Part shown: one piece after another, positions 54,634 through 64,000 of the stretch | Layout: the number at the start of each line of letters is the position of its first letter | Numbering within the stretch: position 1 is the first letter of the stretch | Assembly (NCBI RefSeq): GCF_009914755.1 | Contig: NC_060934.1 | DNA length: 64,000 nt | Reading direction: 5' to 3' (one strand) | From: the human T2T-CHM13v2.0 reference genome, Homo sapiens | Made by a program: the position numbers and the translations under genes | The notes under the pieces: generated by a model | Told to the model about the DNA's origin: nothing | Database searches by the model: none | What the model saw: the letters and a program-made list of their open reading frames with translations, nothing else

Positions 54634-54990
54634 AAACCATATCCAAACGATAGCCGAGGGTGTCATTTTAGTAGGAGTGTGGGTGATTGATACAGTTAGG
54701 ATGCTGCCCTAACAAGGGCAAAAATCGCAGCAAATGGGAGGGTTATTTCTGTCTCATATGCAGTCCGAGTGTGTGCACTGCTGCTGGGGCACCTCATGGG
54801 GTCAGACTCCCAGCCTCCTTGGATTTTTTTTTCCCTCTCAGGCTTCATGTGTGGCTTCTATCCTCCCGGTGGTTCTAGCTCACGAGAGCAAGAGCACGCA
54901 GCCACCAGTGAGAGGAGATGAAGGAGGGTGTGCACATTCTCTTCAAGGGCACACCCTGGGCGTCACACACGTCCCTTCTGCTCATATCTC

Positions 54991-55868
54991 TGTAAACCAA
55001 ACATAAAATTCTAAGCCCCCAACTGACTAAATGAGCCCCTTTTTGGCCAAGGGCATCCCCAAGAAACTGAAAAACTAGTTCAGGTCATGACAAGAAGTGG
55101 GGGGGTTGACACGCCTCATTGTAATCCCTTCCTTTGGAATTCAGGCATCAACTGACCAGGATTACATTAAAATAGAGATCATAAGACCTAAGAAACAGAT
55201 GCTTTAGCAACAAGATACCCAATCCCAGCTTGATTCTGGTATAGCATCACATGACATATAACAGGCCAAGAAGGAAATAAAATTATTTTACCCCAAAATA
55301 TTTTTTGACATATTTTGAAGTGGCCCTGCAAAGCTGTCTCTTAATTTTCATACTGGAGGAATCTCCCTTCTCTTAATGGGTCTTTTCCAGAGAGTCTGAC
55401 GTCTGTTAAGTTCCAATAAGATATATGTGCTCTCTATTCTCTCTGAAGCCTGCTATCTGGAAGCTTCGTGTACATGACAAGGACAGTGTCTTCCACAACC
55501 CCACTCCCCTTATCTTAACTCAAGCATTTCTTTTTACTGACTTCAACTCCTCAGGCATAGCTTAACTCTTTCAACCAATTGCCAATCGGAAAACTTTTGA
55601 ATCAACTATGACCTGGAAGCCTCCCACTTTGACATGTCCCACCTCTCTAGGCTGAACCAATGTATACCTTACATGTATTGCTTTATGTCTTCGCCTATAA
55701 TTTCTGTCTCCTTAAAATGCATTAATATCAAACCCAGCTGTAACTCAACCACCTTGGTCACATGTTCTCAGGAACTCCTGATGCTGTATCACAGGTCATG
55801 GTCTTTAATCTTGGCAATATAAACCTCTGAATGGATTTAGACCTGTCTCAGATACTTTTTGGTTTACA
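54991..55868 (+). mobile_element. MER4-family ERV1 solo LTR
   Basis: TGTAAACCAAA...TTTGGTTTACA inverted termini; 4-bp TSD TCTC on both sides. Confidence 0.8.
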
Positions 55869-56744
55869 TCTCATCCAAATTTAGTCACATGACCACACTT
55901 AGCTGCAAGGGAGGCTAGAAAGTGTTGTCTTTAGCTAGGGGCAGAAATGTGTTGGGTTAAAATTTGGGGATTTTATTACTGATGGTGGAAGGGAAGAATG
56001 GATCTACAGGACCATAGAAATCTCTGTCATAATGGCTTATTTGTGTAGTTGTTTTAAATTCCCAGTCTGATAATTCCAACATGGTAGTATCTGAGTCTGG
56101 TTACAATGCTTGCTTTGCCTCTTTAATCTGTGTTTTTTTGCCATTTAGCATGCCTTGTAATTTTCTGTTGAAAGCTGGACCTGATATACAGCATAAAAGG
56201 AACCAAGGTAAATAGGCCTTTAGTGTGAGCCTTTATGTTTATCTGGTTAGGAGTTAGGCTGTGTTTGCTATTTGCTGTAGCTGTAGATGTCAGAGGCTAA
56301 AATTCCCTCTAGTGTCTTTGTTTTTGTCTCCCCTCTCATCTTTGGGCTTCCCTAGAGACTGCTTCTTAAAGAGGGACTGAAATGTGCAGTTGTTTCCACT
56401 GTAGTCCCCTGTGAGCGCACAACAGCCCCACTGATGTGGTGGTAAGGTGCAGGGGGAGGGGAACCATTCCATAGTCTTATGATTAGGTTCAGCCTTCAGC
56501 AAGCCTGTACCCCTGGGCTGTGACCTTCACAAGTGCTTTTCATTCGCCTCCTCCCTTAGATGAGACAAGAAGGGCAGAGAGGCTAGAGCTGGTTATTTCC
56601 CTTCTTTCAGGTTGGTTAGACACTGGTAAAATTTAGGTTGGTTAGACTATGGTAAAATTTAAGATAGTGAGGAAAATACTGTTTCTTGAGGGCAGGCCTT
56701 GTTGGACAAGTACTGAATGCTCTGGCATATTTCAGAATGGTACC

Positions 56745-57132
56745 TGTCAGGCCTCTGAGCCCAAGTTAAGCCATCATATCCCCTGTGACCTGCACGTATA
56801 CATCCAGATGGCCTGAAGCAACTGAAGATCCACAAAAGAAGTGAAAATAGCCTTAACTGATGACATTCCACCATTGTGATTTGTTCCTGCCCCACCCTAA
56901 CTGATACGATATGTTCTCCCCTGACCTTAAGAAGGTACTTTGTAATATTCTCCCCACCCTTGTGAATGTACTTTGTATGCCTATCCCAAATCTATAAGAA
57001 CTAATGATAATCCCACCACCCTTTGCTGAATCCTTTTTCAGACTCAGCCCGCCCGCACCTAGGTGAAATAAACAGCCTTGTTGCTCACACAAAGCCTGTT
57101 GGTGGACTCTCTTCACACGGATGCGTGTGACA
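56745..57132 (+). mobile_element. HERV-H LTR7-family solo LTR
   Basis: TGTCAGGCCTCTGAGCCCAAG...GTGTGACA; exact 5-bp TSD GTACC. Confidence 0.9.
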
Positions 57133-58187
57133 GTACCTTTTCTCTTTCCCCCGTCAAAAGCACAAGGAAGTTTTTCTCCCATCTTCACTGTGAAGACCTC
57201 ATTGAGTTCCTGGAGGGAAAGGTCATGAAAGTGGGGACCCCCTGTGACTGGGTTGCTCCCCTGAAATTTTTATCTCTCAGAAGTGTCCACACTGAGCCTC
57301 CAGCAATTTGTCAGTTCCAGTTTAGGTTTTCCTGCCCCTCTGCTGGTTCCAGTAGCAGGGTTTGTTCCTGGGTTTCTGGTCCAGGAGGTTATGATTTCCC
57401 TGTATCAGCCTGTCTGCCTCTCCAATATTGGGGACAGTGAGCTACCCTGTAATCTTACTTACTTCTACAGACCTAAGAAGAGTTATTGACTTTCAGTTTG
57501 TTCAGATTTTCAACCCACAGCAAATTAATTGATTATGCACGTTGGGAGCCAGCCAACACAACCCCTCCATGAAAATCACTGGCAGGAATTCATCATTTAG
57601 CTGAAGGAATACCAGCGAGTAAAAACTGAAACCAACTCACGATAGTTCTGGTGATGCATCAGGAACAGCAGCCTTCCTGGGAGCTATGCAAATTTTACGT
57701 TCTCGATAGAATACCAAAGTGGAGTCTTCCATAAACTTTAGTAATATGCTAATTTTGGTTTTTGAAAACAAAAATTCAGGGTCCCCTGATAACTCACTTA
57801 GTAGAATACTAAAGTCACCATAAAGACTTCAGGAGGATCCTTCTGGGCTGATGACCCTTCTTTGAGCATCAAGAATAAGATAAGCAATATTTAAATATTT
57901 TGGCCTCAGGATCTCCTTTTTAAAAAGTTGAGGCGAAATTCACATAACACACAATTAACCATGATAAAGTATACAATCCAGTGGCTGTTCGTGTATTCAA
58001 CATGTTGTGCAACTACCTCCTCCCTCTAGTTTCAAAACTTTTTTACCACCCCAGAAAAATCCCCTGGCAAACACTTATCTGCTTTCTGTCTCCATGGAAT
58101 TGCCTATTCTAGATATTTCATGTTAAATGAGTCATACAGTAGTGATCTTTTGTGTCTGGCTTCCTTCACTCAGCATAATGTTTTTGA

Positions 58188-58650
<463 letters not shown>

Positions 58651-58988
58651 TAATGCTGTTATAAAGAGTCGTGTACAAGTTTGTATTTAGACACGTTTTT
58701 GTCTTTCTTGGGTGTGTACCTAGGAATACAATTGCTGGGTTATAGGACAAATTTATGTTTAGCTTTTTGAGGAACTGCCAAAACAGACTCTGTTTTGCAC
58801 AGTGGCTGCACATTTTGACATTCCTACCAGCCATCTGTGAGCATTCCTATTCTTTTTCTTAAAGTCATCTTAATGGGTATGAAGTAGTATCTCATTGTGG
58901 TTTTGATTCGCATTTCTGAAATGACCAGTGATGTTGATGTGCTTGTTGGCCATTTCACAGGATCTTTGCATGTTATTTAAAACTATTA

Positions 58989-59610
<622 letters not shown>

Positions 59611-60048
59611 TAATCAGTTCTACTCAAGTAAGATTTAAATATATATCTATATTTTCTGGTCTGAGATTCTTTTCAACTTTACTCAGAAAACATATACCTG
59701 AAGGGGGAGGGGGAGAGTGCACAGATGAGTCTGTTTGTATGTGGTTGGTCACAGAAATGACAGAAAATAGTTATTTAATCTGAATCTGGACCCTGCTGAA
59801 AACTGCCGTGATTTCTCATAACACTCTCCTGCCCCTTCAGAAGTGAAAACTGGCTGATAGTTTCCCAAATGAATAATTTTCGTTAATGTTAATCGTGTGA
59901 TGTTGTTGAGCTAGAATGTTGACTCAACTGATTCGTGAGGGGAGATCTTGCACCAGATATGGAACCAGGACTTCCACCGAAATCTTAGCTCTGGAAGTTG
60001 ATTTTTTTCGTGGGAGTTGAGAGTGGGTGGGCGTGCAGAGCAATAACA

Positions 60049-60244
60049 CAATGGTTCTCAAAGTGTGTTCCTGGAATAGTAGCAGCAGCAACAGCACCTG
60101 GGAATTGTTAGACACACAAAACATTTGGCTCTATTCCAGACCAACAACTCAGAGACTCTGAAGATGGGCCCAGCGAACTCTTTTAACAAGGCCTCCCGGT
60201 GATTCTAATATGCTGAACTTTTTGATAATGTTCAAGGACTGCTG
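60049..60244. mobile_element. MER5A hAT MITE inside IL2RA 3' UTR
   Basis: caatggttctcaaagtgtg...tttaacaaggcctcccggtgattct. Confidence 0.7.
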
Positions 60245-60261
60245 GTATGCTCATCTTGTCT

Positions 60262-60553
60262 TTTTTTCCTTAAAGACAGGATCTTGCTCTGTTGCCCAGG
60301 CTGGAGTGCAGTGGTGTCATCATGACTGACTGCAGCCTCGAACTCCTGGGCTCAAGCAATCCTCCTGCCTCAGCCTCCTGAGTGGCTAGGACTACAGGCG
60401 TATGCCACCACATCCAGCCAATTTCTAATTTTTTGTAGGGATGTGTCTTGCTATGCTGCCCAGGCTGGTCTCAAACTCCTGGCCTCAAGAGATGCTCCCG
60501 CCTTGGTCTCCTAGGGAGCTGGGGTTATAGGCCTGAGCCACCGTGCCAGGCCT
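60262..60553 (-). mobile_element. AluJ inside IL2RA 3' UTR (sense on the mRNA)
   Basis: Reverse-complement Alu consensus. Confidence 0.9.
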
Positions 60554-61583
60554 GATGCGCTCTTTTCCGTGGTTACGTTCTACCAGTGTGACCTCCATCC
60601 CTTCTCCCTCTTCACTTCCTTCTTTCTTTCCTTCCTTGCATAAACATTGAATGTACGGATCCCTTTTTGGTGTTTTTAGACACTTCTCAGGAAACGTACG
60701 CATTGATTTGCACCTTGTGTGTCCACCTGTAAACATCAAATTAGTGCAGGCCAAATTCAGGGTATCATTCATAGCAATCCCAAAGAAACTAACTCTTAAA
60801 GAGGCCAATTAGTAACGCACAGGTAAAACTTTGCTAAGTATGATTCTCTGCCTGGGACCTCATTCATCCTTCTGTTCCTGACATTGCCTCATGGGTTTGG
60901 CTGCCCCGTTTTGAAGTTACCCAAAGATTATTCTGCCATGGCCTCTGTTTTTTAGAAATTCAAGACTGAAGGCTCAGTAGAAGGGGGTTAGCTTAGAGGA
61001 TTGAGCCAAGGGTAAAATGATTTCTGGGTAGCAGCCCAGAGTTCTTGAAGGATGTTTATTAGGCAACGTGAACGGGAGAATCAGCAGTCAGAAGCGGCTG
61101 AGAAAGGAACCACGCAGACAATGTCCAGTTGTATAGGGTAGAGTGTGTGTGTTGTGTATTTACGTTAGTGCTGGGGCTTTCCTTGGGACTCCTGAACTGG
61201 GAAGTTGGAATGAGATGAATGTAAACCTACTTTTCTTTATACTACATATAGGGTGGAGAGAGTTCCATACCATTCATGCTTTAATGAACACATATACATG
61301 AAAATAAGATGGAGAGTTCTAGTGGTTTTGCCCTTCCTCTTCAACGGCGAAATTGCTATTTAGAAGTGGGTAGCGCTCGCTCTCTGATGGGACTGAGCTG
61401 GCATAGAGACAAGGTTGCCACTGCCCCGTGTCCTGTGATGTGACTTCAGAGCTTCCAAAACGCAGGCAAGCACAACGGATGTCTCCTGGGCGACCATTTA
61501 GCACCTTTGATTTCACTTGGGCTTCATGACTTCTGTTGTCTGTTCCCGGCTTCTTACCAAGAAATTCTTGTTCTTTTGGTTTT

Positions 61584-61608
61584 CTAGATTGTTCTTCTAC
61601 TCTTCCTC
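61584..61608 (-). CDS. IL2RA: IL-2 receptor alpha (CD25), last coding exon (RKSRRTI*)
   Basis: CTACAG|G AGG AAG AGT AGA AGA ACA ATC TAG matches the CD25 C-terminus; upstream exons lie beyond the window. Confidence 0.95.
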
Positions 61609-61934
61609 CTGTAGTGGTGTAACAAAGTCACGGTCATATGTGTAACACGGCACCAAAAAAATGTGGTCCTCACTCTAAACCAGTGCACACGCCACCATGC
61701 CTGGCTAATTTTTGTATTTTTAGTAGAGATGGGGTTTTGCTATGTTGGCCAGGCTGGTCTCGAACTCCTGACCTTGTGATCTGCCTGCCTCGGCCTTCCA
61801 AAGTGCTGGGATTACAGGTGTGAGCCACTGTGCCTGGCCTAAGTTTTTATATGGCAGACAATAGCTGTGGAACAGGAATAATAAACAGCAACTAACTGTG
61901 CTAAATGATGTGCATGCAGTAAAGCACTTGGTTT

Positions 61935-62150
61935 CTAGCCAGCACTGTGCTATAGAACTTTCTGAGATGATGGAAATCTTTTGCAGTTGTGCTGTCCGAT
62001 AACACAGACACCTGTGGCTAGGGAACGCTTGAAATGTGGCTAGTGCAACCGAGGAACTGAATTTTTAATTGTATTTAATTTATTTGAGTTTAAATACACT
62101 TAAGTATCCACAGGTGGCTAGTGGCTACTGTATTGGACAATACGGTCTTA
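61935..62150. mobile_element. MER3-type hAT MITE
   Basis: aatgtggctagtgcaaccgaggaactgaatttttaatt...gtggctagtggctactgtattggaca. Confidence 0.65.
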
Positions 62151-62236
62151 GCCTTTTCCCAGTTCTTATTTGGCTCATGGGAATTTCTAATTACTCCCTA
62201 CTTTGCACAGAGTTCCCATAGCACAAGACTCCAAGC

Positions 62237-62942
62237 AGAGGTGTGCTGGTGATGTTTAACAAGCAGCTCTCTGATGACGGTTGCCTGTCTTCCCTGGTGT
62301 CAATCCTCCCTCCACACACAGCTTCCAGCTGGCAATGTGACATCACTGATCACGCGGTTGGGAAGAGATGCGCGGTAGCCACCGTCAAACGGTATTTCCA
62401 CCATGCGGACACAATAGATGTAAACCACCCAGCGAACAAAGATAACAGTAAAAGGTAGCAAATAATTAGGAAGTGATCAGTTGTAAGTAATTCTTGCCTT
62501 TGTTTTTAATATAATTTATTAAATTGTAAATTTAAATATTTTAATTTTTTTTTTTTTTTTTGAGACAGCGTCTCAATCTGTCACCCAGGCTGCAGTGCAG
62601 TGGCATGGTCACAGCTCACTGCAATCTTGAACTGCTGGACTCAAGGGATTCTCCCACCTCGCCCTTACCAGTAGCTGGGACTACAGGTATGTGCCACCTC
62701 GCCTAGCTAAGTTTAAAATGTTTTTGTAGAGACAAGGTCTCACTTTGTTGCCCAGGCTGGTCTCAAGCGAGCCTCTCACCTTAGTCTCCCGAAGTGCAGG
62801 AATTACAGGCAGGAGCTACTGCTCCCAGCCTAAATACTTTAATTTTCCATAATGGCTATGCTTAAAAACCAGTTTGCAGAAGTCCCGAAAATTTAACCGC
62901 TGGCTCTCACAAGCCACTGTGAGCCTTCTGTAGCACATCACG
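62237..62942 (-). mobile_element. MER63 (hAT-Blackjack) interrupted by an AluJ
   Basis: Termini cagaggtgtgctgg and tagcacatcacgg; internal gttgggaagagatgcgc. Confidence 0.65.
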
Positions 62943-63031
62943 GGCTCCTGGTCATTGCCCGAAACAAACAAAAAATATTTCCCCAACCAAAACTCTCTGG
63001 CTGGGCTACAGTGATCTTTCGGTAATTCAAA

Positions 63032-63063
63032 TGCAGCATTTCTGTTGCCACAAGAGGGCACCA
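63032..63063 (+). promoter_or_regulatory. CTCF-like motif with upstream module (TGCAG-N10-GCCACAAGAGGGCAC) in IL2RA last intron
   Basis: Core match plus TGCAG at spacing typical of the ZF9-11 upstream motif. Confidence 0.6.
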
Positions 63064-63769
63064 TGGGTTGATATCAGATTCTAGGAAGGCTTTTGGACAA
63101 ACTGACTAGAGGGGTCATTTCTAGATGTATGTTTGAGTCTCCCCAAAGATTGTAGTTCTGGGAGACCTTGTGGGAACTCACATAGGTTCACACAGTTATT
63201 TGTTTCACAACATAAACACTGAACCATTCCTACTTCCAAATAGCTTTGTCCTCTGGGCCCGAAGGCTTTTGATCTTCAAACTAACAAATGAAAAAAATCC
63301 TTGCAAGGTGTTAAGGCTTGTCAGGTGTTCAGCCTGAGGAAGGAGAGGATGCAAGTACTGAGTACACGTACAACATGTCAGCCACGTCACATCCTTCCCC
63401 TCCTGGAAGCCTAAAATGACACCTTAGGAGTCAGCTAACCCCTTAGAGAAACTGGTAGACTGCCGGGTATATGAATCATTCCTGCTACAATAACCCTAGG
63501 GGGCTTATCATTTGCACTGCAGTAATTTATACTTTTTAATTCCCATGAGGAAAATTAGGAGTATGTTATGGACCTGATGACCCATATAAGAAGGGAAGAG
63601 ATATTTTATTTTTCTCTCTGGCTGGGCTAAGGGCTTTGGTTTTGGGGGAGTGGATCTGTATTTTCTCAGGGTCTTACTGTGGAGTTTGTATCAGGGTTGG
63701 CCAGAGTGGATGCTGGCAGGGGTCAGGGAGGCCCTGGATAATCAAGAGAGAGACAGAGGGAGTTTCTAG

Positions 63770-64000
<231 letters not shown>

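Noticed and set aside
56609-56660. 26-bp tandem duplication aggttggttagac...ggtaaaattt
   Set aside because: Within old L1-like sequence; no sign of function.
60068-60076. GAS motif TTCCTGGAA in the IL2RA 3' UTR
   Set aside because: Isolated 9-mer inside MER5A; expected by chance.

Overview
Human genomic DNA from the IL15RA-IL2RA locus (10p15.1), recognised from the encoded proteins. The complete IL15RA gene lies on the minus strand. Seven coding exons with canonical GT-AG boundaries sum to 804 nt (267 aa + stop). There is also an in-frame 153-nt cassette exon (2A), an upstream in-frame ATG, an alternative last-exon acceptor and a CpG-island promoter carrying IRF-E, AP-1, NF-kB and CTCF-like motifs. 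A repeat-dense intergenic interval (about 27-59 kb: Alu, old L1M, Tigger3/4, Charlie1, MaLR, MER41A, MER4, HERV-H LTR7) separates IL15RA from the last exon and long 3' UTR of its paralogue IL2RA, also on the minus strand. This is a well-studied locus and I cannot support a wholly new gene or system. The best leads are structural or regulatory: a higher-order (AB)3 minisatellite with an embedded (TG)n in every unit, inverted Alu pairs bracketing the skippable IL15RA exons, divergent CTCF motifs between the two receptor genes, a 162-bp pure-AT quasi-palindrome, and transposon-derived distal IL2RA poly(A) signals. Repeat family names are recognised from memory of consensus sequences, and repeat boundaries are approximate.
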